This document shows positions 37,424 to 51,349 of a stretch of 64,000 nt of DNA, in pieces. The stretch is taken from contig NW_026889756.1 of assembly GCF_033153115.1 (NCBI RefSeq), positions 1,984,001 through 2,048,000 on the forward strand, read 5' to 3'. Position 1 is the first letter of the stretch, and each line of letters opens with the position of its first letter. The translations under genes and the position numbers were made by a program. Source of the DNA: Saccostrea echinata. Lineage: Eukaryota. The notes beneath the pieces are model-generated. The model worked only from the letters and a program-made list of their open reading frames with translations. It searched no databases and had not been told where the DNA came from.

Positions 37424-40400
37424 AATCACCCTTATGACTGTCAGAATCACCTTCATGTTGTGTCATCTGATAGAGTACATCCATATATCCAGTAGTATGC
37501 CTCAAATTCTGCTTTCTTAAAGCTGCCTAGTTTTACCCTAACCTTGGGCACCAATCAAATTATGTTGTCACTTGACTGGTGTAGACATGACATCTAATTA
37601 ACATAAAAGATTTTGATAAAGCCCTGTCCTCTGAGAGGATAATAATGGCCACTGATCACAAAGTGATGTTTTTTTTTCTATGATCCCATCAAATTGCTGT
37701 CAGTTTCATTAAAAATTGAAAGATTAAGTACATTATTAATAATAGTATGTCTACATGTGTGATGTATTGTTGACTGTCAAGAGATACAGTGTGTGTTATA
37801 CATATTTTATTTTCATTTCAGCATTATAGTTTTCAATGCCATTTTGAGAGGTATAATTAAGTGTGGACTTGCAATGCTTAATGTGAAGTCATATTGATAT
37901 TATATAAATCGTATTATCTTTTATGGATATAACGTTCATGGTTTCATGACTAGCAGTATATCATTGGTTTAATACAGTTTTATTAAATTTTTATGTGATC
38001 CATTATGATCTTTTGTCTATGACTGTGAATTTTTTGTTTGTTTGATATATATTACTTGAGATCTTTTAATAAATTATTAATTTGATATTAAATTATTGCT
38101 GATGTATTTAAATATGTATCATGTATTATCAAACAACCAATAAGACATTTTTACAGTTATAGAAGTTTGTAAATAAGAAGTGTAAATTAAGTTGTTGAAC
38201 AATCAAACATGTTTACTGTCTCGGAAACATAGTGTACTGTTACCATGGTGATGGAGTAGGCCAGTTATAGAAAAATATAGCAGTTATAGAAAAATATGGA
38301 AAACTGAATCTCTTTTGTCCACTAGTCAAAGGTCTCCTCTATGAAATAAATCTGATTCTCATGAATTTAATGAAACAGTTACCCTTACAATTATATCTTT
38401 AAATTTGCTAGGTTCATAATAGGGATAGATTTTAATGAGACAGTCAACAGAACAGTAGCTTATGGACAGTTTAAATATTGTACTGCTCTTCAATATCTAA
38501 AATTCACATTCACAATTTTCTGTTATTTTACACAAATATATTCAATAGTTTGCATAATGTTACAACCTTTTCACAATTTTTTGATTTACATGTACTATAT
38601 ATTAATAAGTAATTACATGAATGTCATTATAAAACAATGGTCAGAATTATCTTTTGGTTTGAAATGACCTCCATGTCAAAATTTAAAAATTCTTATATCA
38701 AACTGTCATGGAGTGTGTAATATATCCTTACTGGATTTAGAATAATGTTAAAAAACATCATACATACTTCCACCCACCTCACAAGTAGCAAAAGAATCAA
38801 ATACTTCATTCATTAATGACACAGCAAAGTTTAATGAATATTATTTAACTTATAATTATCATTAATTTTGCTAAGAATGTACTTGAATCCTTAGGTGCTA
38901 AAAATCATTTATTTTTATTGCTTTAAAAGTGCTGGCATACGATGTCCATTACATGCATTATCTCAAAAAAGCACTTAATGGAAACATACATCTATATATA
39001 AAACACTTGAAAGAAGAAGACAAGTCAATATGTAATGTACATGTAGATTTTAAATGATAAAATCTTAAAATTTGTCTTAGCAACAAAATCAAGGAAAATA
39101 CATTCATTTTTAAACTTATTCATGTAATTGTTTAGCTACATTTGGAAGATTTGTAGGTTAAAGAGGTGCGGTCACTTTATTACATTTAGTTATTTTAAAT
39201 GTCTTAGATTTGGTATATAATGATATTATTTTATAAATGGATGTGTGTTAGGGCAAAGGGTTCTATATATGTAGTTGTTTAACAATTTTTTTGTTCTGTG
39301 AAGTCAAGTTTTTTGGAAGAAAACGATTGTCAGCACAACAACTTGGAGTAGAATTTGGATTAAAATTTTCATTAAAACAACCACAAATTATTAGGAACAA
39401 GTTATGTGTATATGTTTATGTATAATGAAAGGTTATTTATGAGATCAAATAGTATGATAGCTGTCTGTTAAAAGTTTTAATTGTGTTGGGAAATCCTTGT
39501 TTTGACACTGGTATTATCCAATCCCGTTCTTTGACTGTTTATTTATTTTATTTTTTTTTTTTGCGTAAAATATGTAGACTACTTACATGTAATTGTGGCA
39601 CTTGAACTTTCCTATATATAGCTCTTTATTGTTTACGTTGTCAATGTCAGAATCTTTGATCAATTGTTTTGGCCAGCTTTGGACTCTTAACGTTATCTCT
39701 CATTTATCTGCTTTTTTACATGAAAAAAATGGTTAAATATTCAATACTTGGGAAATATGCACAGCCATGAGTTTTGAAAATTGAATTAAAGTAAACGTTT
39801 CAGAATGTTGAGAGCAAATTTTATCTGACCATTCTTTATGGGTACAAGCAACATTAGATGAATGGCCGAGATAAATCTGATTGAAAAATATAATTGAAGC
39901 AATATTTTATGAAATCTTTTCAGGATTGTGTATTATTATTTTTTTCTAATTGACAAAATATCATTCCAGATTCTTAACATCAATGTAGGTAATTTTTATT
40001 TCAGAATAAAAACGTTATGAATATAAATATTTACATTTTTTCTCTACATAAAGAAAAATCTTGAGGCAATGCAAATGAACAAATAAGGTTTCGTTGCAGT
40101 AAAAAATTCTTTATTGAAATTTTATTTTCTGGTTGTATTTCATTTTTATTTCTAATGTCAGGGTTGTGAAAGTGTTTATTTATTAAGTCAGTATTTTAAA
40201 TATTGGTTTTTTTCTAAACAGATCAAATGGCAAATACATACGTATTTAGGTTCAGTTCTTGCTTGAAATCCATAAGCTGACAGTTAGAGATTTTTGTTGA
40301 TGTTGTGTTATATTTAAATTAATCATATTCTCTGTGCTTTATGATATAGCTGACCCCTGCAATGTCTTCAGTTTAAAATGTAAACCTTGTTGAGCTGGGT

Positions 40401-40470
40401 GTTTTGTTTAGTGAAACAGTGTGTGCAGATAATATGAGCAGAAAGAATAAATGCTGATTGCTATACATAC
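37424..40470 (+). other. Putative long 3' UTR of MICAL with candidate poly(A) signals
   Basis: AT-rich stretch after the stop with no recognisable transposon; AATAAA near 38068, 40005, 40082 and 40446. The end point is uncertain. Confidence 0.4.
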
Positions 40471-40544
40471 TGTTCATTTTTCTTTTTAGGAAAATACCGG
40501 TATTTTAACAATTTACAATTCTTTTTGTCCTTTTCTTATTTCTT

Positions 40545-40563
40545 TTTTAGCTCACCTGAGCCA

Positions 40564-40605
<42 letters not shown>

Positions 40606-40662
40606 TGTCGTCGTTGTTGTCGTTGTCGTTGGCGTTGTCGTTGTCGGCGTTGTTGTTGTTGT

Positions 40663-40693
<31 letters not shown>

Positions 40694-40726
40694 GAGAACC
40701 ACTGGGCCAAATTCAACCAAACTTGC

Positions 40727-40778
<52 letters not shown>

Positions 40779-42102
40779 AGCCCTCTTTCAAGGGGAGATG
40801 ATTAGGAATTAGTGAAAAAATAACGGCATCATTTAAAAATCTTCTTCTCAAGAACCACTGGGCCAGGAAAGATGAAACTTATGTGGAAACATCCTCAGGT
40901 AGTGTAGATTCAAGTTTGTTCAAATCATGGCCCCCGGGGATAGGGTGGGGCCACAATGGGGGATCCAAGTTTTACATAGAAATATATAGGAAAATATCTT
41001 TAAAAATCTTCTTCTTAAGAACAGTAAAGCCAAGATTGGTCATATTTATATGGAAACATCCTCAGGTAGTGTAGATTCAAGTTTGTTCAAATCATGACCC
41101 CCGGGGGTAGGGTGGGGCCACAATGGGGGATCCAAGTTTTACATAGAAATATATAGAAAAAAACCTTTAAAAATCTTCTTCTTAAGAACAGCAAAGCCAT
41201 GATTGGTCATATTTTTGTGGAAGCATCCTCAGGTAGTGTAGATTCAAGTTTGTTCAAATCATGACCCCCGGGGGTAGGGTGGGGCCACAATGGGGGATCC
41301 AAGTTTTACATAGAAATATATAGGAAAATATCTCTAAAAATCTTCTTCTTAAAAACAGTAAAGCCATGATTGGTCATATTTATATGGAAGCATCCTCAGA
41401 TAGTGAAGATTCAAATTTGTTCAAATCATAACCCCCGGGGGTAGGGTGGGGCCACAATGGGGGATCAAAGTTTTACATAGAAATATATAGGAAAATATCT
41501 CTAAAAACAGTAAAGCCATGATTGGTCATATTTATATGGAAGCATCCTCAGGTAGTGAAGATTCAAATTTGTTCAAATAATAACCCCCGGGGGTAGGGTG
41601 GGGCCACAAGGGGGGATCCAACATAGAAATATATAGGAAAATATCTTTAAAAATCTTCTTCTTAAGAACAGTAAAGCCATGATTGGTCATATTTATATGG
41701 AAGCATCCTCAGATAGTGAAGATTCAAGTTTGTTCAAATCATTACCCCGGGGATAGGTTGGGGCCACAATGGGTGATCAAAGTTTACAGAGGAATATATA
41801 GGAAAAAGTCTTTTTCTCAAGAACAGAAAAGCCATGATTAGTCAAATTGATATGGAGGCATCTTTCGGTAGTGTAGAATGAAATTTGTTCAAATGAGGGC
41901 CCCTGGGGGTAGGGTGGGGCCACAATGAGGGATCAAATTTTTACAAATGAATATATGGGAAAAAAATCTGCTGCTCAAGAACAACAAAGATATTTGGTAT
42001 ATTGATATGAAAGCATCATCAGGTAGTTTAAAATTCAACACCCCCCTCCCTGAAGACTTTTCAATACTGTACTGATTTTTGCTTTTTTTCCTAGCCAATG
42101 TG

Positions 42103-42136
<34 letters not shown>
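40545..42136 (+). mobile_element. Complete HINE with about 7 copies of a 167-bp Cg170-like (BamHI) satellite
   Basis: subTIR GCTCACCTGAGC / GCTCAGGTGAGC, 5' hairpin, (GTT/GTC)n microsatellite, GGCCCATGGGCC terminal palindrome; 167-bp period containing GGATCC. Confidence 0.92.
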
Positions 42137-43071
42137 CTTCATTTTGGGTGAGTTGGCGTCAAACAATAATCAGTCAATCAATTGAGCAATCAATGTCTTC
42201 ATTGAAGGCAAATGTGCTCAAGTTTGCTAATGTTTAAGGTCTGACCCAGATGATTTAATGTACAGTTATCAGATTAGGATATCTCCGTATTACCGAAAGA
42301 CTATCATATGTAAAAGGACATTAAAAATTTAATTCAATTTCATCTTCCATAAGTGCATCCCTCTAACAAAAGTCCATGCGTGACACAAAGGACAATATTC
42401 ACATTTAGAATGTATAAAGCTTAAAAACAGTACTGATTACAGGGGGTCATTGGTTGCAAGGCTTTGTTAAAAGGCGTTAACAAAGGTGATCTTAAGCACT
42501 GGCCCAGACAGAGTGTTCCAGTACTCGGTAGCTCTGAAGAAGAGTAAGTACTGGTGTGTTTGTAACCGGTTCTTAGGTTTTTTTATAGAAAAAACAACAA
42601 GTTAGTTTCGGGTGTGGATCCAATGTTTATATATGAGTTTGGAACATTGTGATGATTAGGATCATGATTAGGATACTTAGGATGATTAGGACCAACCCTA
42701 CAATAATAACAACATATGAACACACACATATATACACAGAACAATACAAAGACAATACAAACAGACAAACGCATCTTTAACAGCTGTTTAACACAAAATT
42801 ATCTCTTACGTCACTACCATTAAATATTTAAAATGATTAGGTCGTATATCGCTCAGTTAATTAGCTCTTTGAACCATTATACGTCTTTTAATCCTAATTT
42901 ATACCAGTTTACCAGTTTATTAGTATCTCTTTGGTTGTTATTTAACAACATAGAGATCAAAGCAACATATTACAATTATAACAACATACATGCGTGAGCA
43001 AAACATGTAACATATATACAAAATGTGTTTATAATTGCATCATATTTCTATATATATATATATAGATGTTA

Positions 43072-44647
43072 TTAACCAGGAGGTTTGACTCTCTCGTTTA
43101 CAATTTTTATAAACGAACAAAGTTTACTTAATAGCTTAACATTTTTGAAAGAGAACAATTCATTAAACTTGATGACATTTGGACTTGTAACATAATATTT
43201 GGGAATATACAATTTTCTTTCATCTTTTAACTTGTTACAGCATAAAATATAGTGAAATTCGTCACCTACATCATTTTCACATAAAAGACATATTCTATTA
43301 TCTCTTTCAGTACCTTCCCATCTTCCCGTTTCAATCGGTAGTTTATGATTTGATGTTCTGAATTTGTTTCTTATGATTACTTAAAATAAGACGCTATCTA
43401 CATAAAATTGGCATCCAAATTTTGAATTTGTAAATAGATTATATATCACACCTTTTGAAGAATTATTGCAGTTTGATTCCCAATTTTGTTGAAACTGATC
43501 TAGTAATTTTTGTTTCAAACTTTTAATTAGCCAAGTACTATTGAATAATTGGTTCTGATTCCATACTATTGAATAATTGGTTCTGATTCCATATATTACT
43601 GTATCCACAATCGTCTAAAATTGATTTCAAATTCTTTAACCATTTACATTCATTTCCATTGTCAAATTTAGCACGAAGTAATTTGTACATTAAATTGCAA
43701 TATTTTGATTGTTTTCCACTTAAAATTTTTGACCAGTATGCAATAATTCTTGTTTTGATATGTACAGTTAAAGGTACTCTCCATAATTCACCATATATCA
43801 TAAAATTGGGAGTACTTGGTTTTAAATGAAAAAGCATTTTACAGAATTTTAGGTGTACTCTTTCTATAATTTCAACATTACCATAACCCCATACTTCACA
43901 GCCATATAACAAAATTGGAACAACAATCTTATCAAACAAATACAATTGATCATCAAGAGAGAGGTGTAATTGATTACCTTTTTTCAAAATACCATACATA
44001 GCTTTAGTCGCTCTTTCAATAGCATATTGTTTTGTCTTAATAAATGAACCAGTTGATGAGAATATAACTCCAAGATATTTAAAATGTTTGACAATTTCAA
44101 TTTCATTGTTATTGTAATAAAAACATTCTGTGGTGTACGTCCCTTTGAAAAAATCATTATTTTTGTTTTTTTCAATATTAACCTCAAGTTTCCATTTTTC
44201 ACAATACAATGAGAAACTGTGCAATTGATTCTGTAAATCTTCAGGTGATTCGGCGAGTAAAACTGTATCGTCTGCATACAAAATAACCAACATCTTTAAC
44301 AAAATACCAAATTCTTGTTCAATCTCATATGATATTGTTGAGACTCCAATATTATTATGTGTAATTAAAAAAGATTCTACATCATTTAGGAATAAAGCAA
44401 ATAAAAATGGCGATAGGTTTTCCCCTTGTCTTACCCCTATTTTGCATGGAAAGTATTCAGTAACCATATCATTTACAACTATTCTCGATTTACTTTCAGA
44501 GTACATTTTCACTATCACATTAAAACATTTTCCAGTAATATCATTTTGAATAAGTTTTTGCCATAGTCCTATTCTCCATACATTGTCAAAAGCAGCCTTA
44601 AAATCTATAAATGCACAATACATTTTCTTTTTCAGTAAGAAGGATAA
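43072..44647 (-). mobile_element. LINE (CR1/L2-group-like), 3' part of ORF2 reverse transcriptase, degenerate
   Basis: YCAFIDFKAAFD, GVRQGENLSPFLF, YADD and C-terminal CLLC..GDEFHY; frameshifts include a 28-bp tandem duplication at about 43538-43593. Confidence 0.93.
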
Positions 44648-46448
44648 TTAAGGTCTTCCGTCACAACGGAAGACCTTCTACTGATTCTGAGGGTTAAGAT
44701 TATTATTCTTTTTTTTTCTTCTCCTTTCTAGACGCCAACTTTGAGGCCTCATATCTCGCTCATTTCTCAACGGATTTTGCTCAAATTTGCAGGGTTTATA
44801 GACGTTACAAAACTCTATCAGAATGCTGTCAAACATGTCAAAAATCCACTTCCGCTTTTGGGTTATCTCCCTTTAAATGAAAATTTAGGACTCTTCATTT
44901 CCGGATAAAGGCTCCGAGACTACAAAAGCTGGAGTAGAAATTCTACCGAATTTAAATAATAGAAGCATTGAAATTGTGCACATCTATTTTTGTTTTTTGA
45001 TTTCTGTGTTCAAAATGGCGCTAGATAGGGGTCAAAAATTAGAACGCCTAAAAACGCGAAAATTTACACATATTTTCCTATGTATCTTTTAAACTAAAAA
45101 TATTTTGTTAAGACATGTAGAATAAAAGTTGTGCACAATTTTAAGGTCTTTCATTTGGCACCTCCAAAAAGGGGCTGGTCCCTTAAATTAGGGATCTAGG
45201 GTCCTTGAAAGTTTTCGTTTTATAACTCAAAAACGGTAAATATTTCGATATAGCTGTCGCTAAAAAGTTGTTCTTTAACATATTGATCTCGTGAACTTGT
45301 TATTTTGTTCGAGTCTTTTTTAATAAATGAGCTAGAAGCTTGACCCATATACAGGTAACTAGTTTCATTAGACAAGTGAAGGTGAAATCTTTATGCGCAT
45401 AACTGAAATAAACTTGCTATAAATGATAAACCTATCCAAAATAAATACTAATACTACTTTAAAATAAGTTTTTACGTGTTCTGTGGTTTCATTCCAAATT
45501 ATTGAGTCACACATTTCCAATACGTCTCGGGGTTTGTTTTTGTTTATAATTACGTAACCGGCCATCCCCCGATCACGCGTGACCTAGATCCAGTGATCAG
45601 TGGCCATACACTAAACAGGCATTGCCATTCTAAATCTATTTTGCAAACTCACCTATGTACGGATAATTGTTTTTTTTTTTTAAGTCAAATCGGATCTTTC
45701 AAATTATTTCATCTTATCTATGTTGGTCATGTTGGTGATATACTTATTATTGTGGCCGAAATTACAAGAGATCCATTGCGTGTGAACCAGCGACCTGCGT
45801 TCGTAAACAAAACATCTTTTCGTCGTTTAATGTTGAAACATACACTATATTAAATTTAAAAAAAAAGTTAGCAAAAAATAAATCAGTTTTTAACTGCATT
45901 TAACTGCGTTTCACATATACCCGGGTTTTGTGTTTGTTTACAATTATGTAACCTAATTATGTAGCCGAGGAAGCAGCTATTAGTGCTCACACACAAAACA
46001 TTGTCGTTCTATATTCATTTTGCTGACACAATGATTTACGGAAAATTATTTTTTAAATCATACCGGATCATTCAATTAAATCATTTACTCTTATCTTAAT
46101 TTAATTTAAATCCAAAACATTTTATTAAGGACGTATAAAGGTCCCCGATTTCATGATTCCTAATCTTTAAACTGCATACATGTATTTAATAAACGATTTA
46201 TTTCTCAATTATGTGTTATGTGTTTAATTTCGGAGATTCATTGCGTGTGGTTAATTCTGCAGATAATTCTAACTTGACACACAAGGTTTGTAGACAAAGA
46301 ATTCAAAAGAGATATATTTTGAAAACAATAAGACGCATTGCTAAACACTTTTACATTATTTTCTTTTTAAAATGGCTATCTTTATGATTACACCAACTTT
46401 TAACATGCTATGTGAAAACTCTGTCGACTATAGTTTTGTAACTACAGT

Positions 46449-49400
46449 CCCGTACGAAACTCTTAACCGTTTTCCGCCTGGAGTCCGGGCGGACTGAGAC
46501 GGATTCCGGTTAAGTGCTAGGTGGACTAAGCCGTACTAAAGGCGGACATGGAAAACGTCTTAGCTTTAACCGTTTTCCGCCTCATATCTTAGGTGGATTC
46601 CACCTTAAATCTGAGGCGTATTTTTGTTAGACGTTTTCCGGCTTAGCTCTTAGACGGATTCTGCATTAATCTTTAAATTATGAACAGTTTAAATTATGAC
46701 CACATGTTTCATTCCTCTAGATGACCTTGTTTTCTAAAGGCACTAATGGGGGAGATATTCGAAAAAAATAGTCAAACATGGCTTTTAATCCAGTTATTAG
46801 ACTTTGAATATTAGGCTTTTTATTACATTGAAGATTGCGTTTCCTAGAGGAGTAATTTTTTGCAGCCATATTGTATATCAGATATACGTTTCTAATGCGC
46901 TCCTGCTTGACCACCCTCTACAGGGGGTGGAAGTTTTCAGGCAGAGCCTCTCTTTGGATGCATTGGTCAGTTTGAATGCAGATTTTGAAAGTGATGACTG
47001 TTGGTCAATTTGGTTGATGAATCTTTATATCTTATTCAGTTTAAAAAGGAACTCAGGCAAGATGTATGCCTGTAAATTACTATTCTGAAGATGATTTGTT
47101 ATGTGTTTTTGGAAAAAAGAGTGATAAAATCCAACTTTTGGTGTTATTCTTAACTAAGCTTTGAAGTGAAGCAAATTATGCTCGGTGAACATGCTGAATG
47201 GACAAAGAAGAACCTCTAAACACTGTACAGGAATACATGTAACTGTGAAAAACAATGGTAAGTTAAAATTTTTAGCGGTGTTTTTTCTTTTCTCTCTTTT
47301 TATGAATTTGTACAGCCAAAATATGTACACACCACTCTCCACCATTACTTCCGATAATTTATTCCAACTGGAATAGCACTGAGGCCCTATATTCACATTA
47401 TACTCTACACTAACCCAGAATGTTAAAAAAAAGTTTGCGCATAAAATTTCAGGCGCCATTTCTTTTTGCCTAATGTAGGGTAGCCTCAACCCCCCCCCCC
47501 CCCCCTTGTTTCTTGTTTTCAATGTTATGAATATATCCTTTTAGATTAAAATATTAAATATTAAAAAGTACAAAGATAAAGGATAAAAAAAATTACTAAT
47601 TCATTTGTCAATTATTAATCAACATGCACTTTTGTAAATTTTTTTTTCACTTTGCGTATGTGTTTTCCGGAAATACGATTTCCTTTTAAAATTAGCGACC
47701 TGTAGTTACTTCCAGTTTTAAAATCACGATATGATGTGTGTTAGCACTGGATTAACCAGTGGTTTATTAGTGGAATGGTGACATAGACACCCTTCTAAAA
47801 GTGTAGTTCGCTGCTCAGTTCGGATTAGGAGTCAGGTTCTGATATGTAAGTCATCATTTAAAATATTAAAATACTAATATATACATCATGTACATGGAAT
47901 TCTTCTTCTTTTTTTTTTACCTTGATGAATTCTTAAAATACATTTTTGGGGTGAAATTTGAACAAGTTTTTTTAATTTATTTTTTCATCCATATTGAAGT
48001 GTACCATTCGTCATAACGTTGATGCATCTACACTATAGTTTTCCTAATTATTCAATAAGCAGCTGCAAATGTACATTTCAAAACATACATGGATATGAGT
48101 ATATTCATTTAAGTTAGATCTACATATTTCATGAGCAGCTTTTGAATATACATGTAGTTTGAATGCAGATTCGTTTGTAGAATGGGGTCTTACGTTATTA
48201 CCTTTTACAAATATATGAAGATTATGAAAAGTAATTGAATAAGATTAAAAACCTATTTAAGTCAAATTTAAAACTGTAGATATTAGGATTTTCTGCAGTG
48301 CAGTGTTATACATTTCAGCACTTCGAGCTTTTTAAGTCCTCGGCAATTTTGGCCGATAAAGGTAAAATGAGGACTGCGGCAACTGCAGCAAGTCAGGATG
48401 AAGGCCAGAAGTCACTGTCCATCCACCCTTAGGAGTAAACTGGCAATGTTGCTTAGACTTCTCATTTGAGAGCTTGCCGCAGATTCATGGGAAAAAGGAA
48501 TGCAATCTAACACCTGTGCTTCATTTAACTGTATTGGAGGTTATGAGAGGTAAGAATACATGAAGACATCAGACGTCTGATAAATATATGAAAAATTATT
48601 CTTGTATTTTGTAAGTTTTAGTGTTGAGAGAAATTAGACAAGACTGTTTGCATCCTGATCTGTAATACAGAATAGAATGCCATAAAAGAGTCATTTTATT
48701 GAAAAATGTTAAAGAGTTGTTTTAAAACGAGAAATTCATCTCAGTTTGTATTTTCTTTATAGACTTCAACATGTGGTGACCGTGTGTGAAGAATGGCAAA
48801 GGATTTAAAGCTTGAATCATGGAAAAGATAAGTTATTCCAGATAACTTAGGAAGAAGAACAATAAAAATGACACACTCTTTCCCTGCAGACAGAAAGAAT
48901 TTTGTGAAAATAATCAACCAGTGGTAAATTAACAGCTAATTGTTTTGTTGAATTGACTTTTAAACATCGGTTTTGTCTTTCTTTTTTTATTTGTTAATTC
49001 AACTGTGACAGTCACATTATTATGTAGATGTATGAAGAAAAATCAAGTTTTGGTACAATATTTTTTATCTTTTTATTTCATGTGAATTTAAGGCAAGGCA
49101 TAACATTTTCAAATGTAAAATTTTTTTAGTCATTGAATTTTAAAGAACTTGTAAATAAATGATTTATAATTTGTATAATTTCATTTTTTTTAATTGTTAA
49201 GTTTGTAAAAGTCTGAAACAACAATAGCTGATGTACACAGTGATAGGCAGATTATGTAACCATTAATGCAAAATCCCTCTAACCATTAAGGCGGAATACG
49301 CCTTGCTAGTAAGGCGGAATAGGCCTATCTTAAGTAAGGCGGAATACGCCTTGCTAGTAAGGCGGAATACGCCTATCCTAAGTAAGGCGGAATACGCCTT

Positions 49401-49625
49401 GCCATTAATGCGGAATACGCCTTGCAGGTAAGGCGGAATATGCCTTGAAAGTAATCCATATTAGGAAAGGCGGAATACGCCTTAACTCATTTAAATATTT
49501 CGAGCCCTATTCCGCCCTGATTCCACCCGGACTCCGTCTAATAGTCTTATTAAGTTCTTTATAGATAAAGGCGGATTCCGTCTTTTGATTTCCGCCTAAG
49601 GTCAGGGCGTAAATTTTCGTACAGG
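46449..49625. mobile_element. Non-autonomous CACTA/EnSpm-like element
   Basis: TIR CCCGTACGAAA / TTTCGTACAGG, 2-bp GT on both sides, subterminal AGGCGGA repeats at both ends. Confidence 0.7.
49287..49485. repeat. Subterminal 22-23-bp palindromic repeats (AAGGCGGAATACGCCTT), about 8 copies
   Basis: Directly visible tandem units. Confidence 0.9.
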
Positions 49626-50367
49626 GTATATGACAAGTACATGTGCTTTTTATTAAACACCGAATTTTCCATTAACGCCCACAAAATCTACCTAGCTTAA
49701 GATCGATAACATACCGCCCGACAATCATACAAAAATAAAACAATAGCTGCTGATTTGATTGACAGGCCAGCAACCTGCGCTACCTGATACTGTAGTCTGA
49801 GTTTGCATGTTTTGAAAGCAATTACACGTAACTGGTCACGCGTCAAACGCTTTCATGTACCGCTTGAAAAGTCGCTTTGTATACACTCTGGTAAAAACTT
49901 ATATCTTATGTTTCACAAAATAATTGAGAGAAGAAGAATTAAACTTTGAGTTCATTATTTTTATTTTCACTGCTGTTTTGTACACTGTACTTGTACGCGA
50001 CATGTCGTCCAAGATAACTGTAACAGCTTTCCGAAGAAAAAAAAACTGGCGGCTATTCGAGCCCCTTTTCGCCTTCAATGTCCTCTTCAAAACACACCTG
50101 TTTACAGAGAAGAGATCATAATATTCAATAAAATATTTCATATTATATGTAATCTGATTTTGTATGTACAAGTGTCTGAAAGGCTATATTGTGCTGAATT
50201 TTTTAAAATACATGTTTTATGTAATACATATTTTTTAGCATACGATAAAATATCGCCAACACTATAAGCTTAATTATTTCTAATGTCCAGAACTGTGTAA
50301 CGTAAATGCCATGCATTTAAGAAGTATGTTAACTTTTTATAATTTAATTACACTTGCACGCGCGGTT

Positions 50368-50405
<38 letters not shown>

Positions 50406-51349
50406 AAGGAGTACATATACATGGACTTGAATATAACAAACTTATTAGCACACATCTAATGATGAAAATAAAAATAATTGATAATACACTTTTACAACTT
50501 CATTTCAATGATGAGTTATTCTAAAACTTTACTTCAAATGTCAGAAAGGCCAGCACAGCCAAACTACTCTTAATTGTCTCTGTTTTAATTACAATGTCAA
50601 TCACAATAATTTTTTTCTTTAGATCCCTTCATTTCTTATTTGTACATAGTTACATGAAATCCATGCACGGCGCTACACTTGTCAATCAAAATTGTAAACT
50701 TCTGGTGCCACGGAAGCATTTCCCCTGTGGTGTAAAATATTCTTTAGGTCAATTCTAATTTTATGCTTTTATAGATACAGTGTAATATTTCGAAACAACG
50801 TTTTAATTAAGGCTGAAGATGCATGCTGTGAATTTATCAAACCTGCAGTCCTAATTGACGATCCGTTCTTACATGTATATTATAATTAATCAGAGAGTCC
50901 AGTATTTGTGACAAATTTTGATTGAGATTTCACTTTCCCTTTAGGATAAAACGATTCATTAAATAGATTATGCATATGAGATGGATATCTGTACTAAATA
51001 TAAATGTATACTTTTCACTTTGTAACAAGAATCTGTCATTGACATGCAATTAAAAGTGAAGAGTTTAGGTAAAAGACTTTGACAAATGACAAGTTATTCC
51101 TTCTTAGTCACTATATAACTTAAAGCTATATGGTCTTGCCCCCCCCCCCCCCCCCCCCGCAATTATGTTTTTGTTTTTTATTTTTTTTGCTTAGATATCA
51201 AAAAAATTTGATTGTTTGTGCCCCGTCCCAGAAAAAAATGAAATTGCGTTCTGCAGGCTTAAGTCAGAACATGATTTTCATAATAATAGTACCTTTATCA
51301 AAATGTTTCTACCCCTACGATTCGTAGTTCTGGTTTCGAATACCACCAC

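Noticed and set aside
37225-37437. ORF with a signal-peptide-like N-terminus
   Set aside because: The hydrophobic part is the polypyrimidine tract and the rest is an alternative frame of the last MICAL exon.
40525-40746. Cys/Arg-rich ORF resembling a metallothionein or protamine
   Set aside because: It is the translation of the HINE (GTT/GTC)n microsatellite.
42455-42560. U5 snRNA loop-like CGCCTTTTA or a hammerhead CTGAAGA core
   Set aside because: Flanking U5 stems and the Sm site are absent, and no GAAA or cleavage triplet is in hammerhead geometry.
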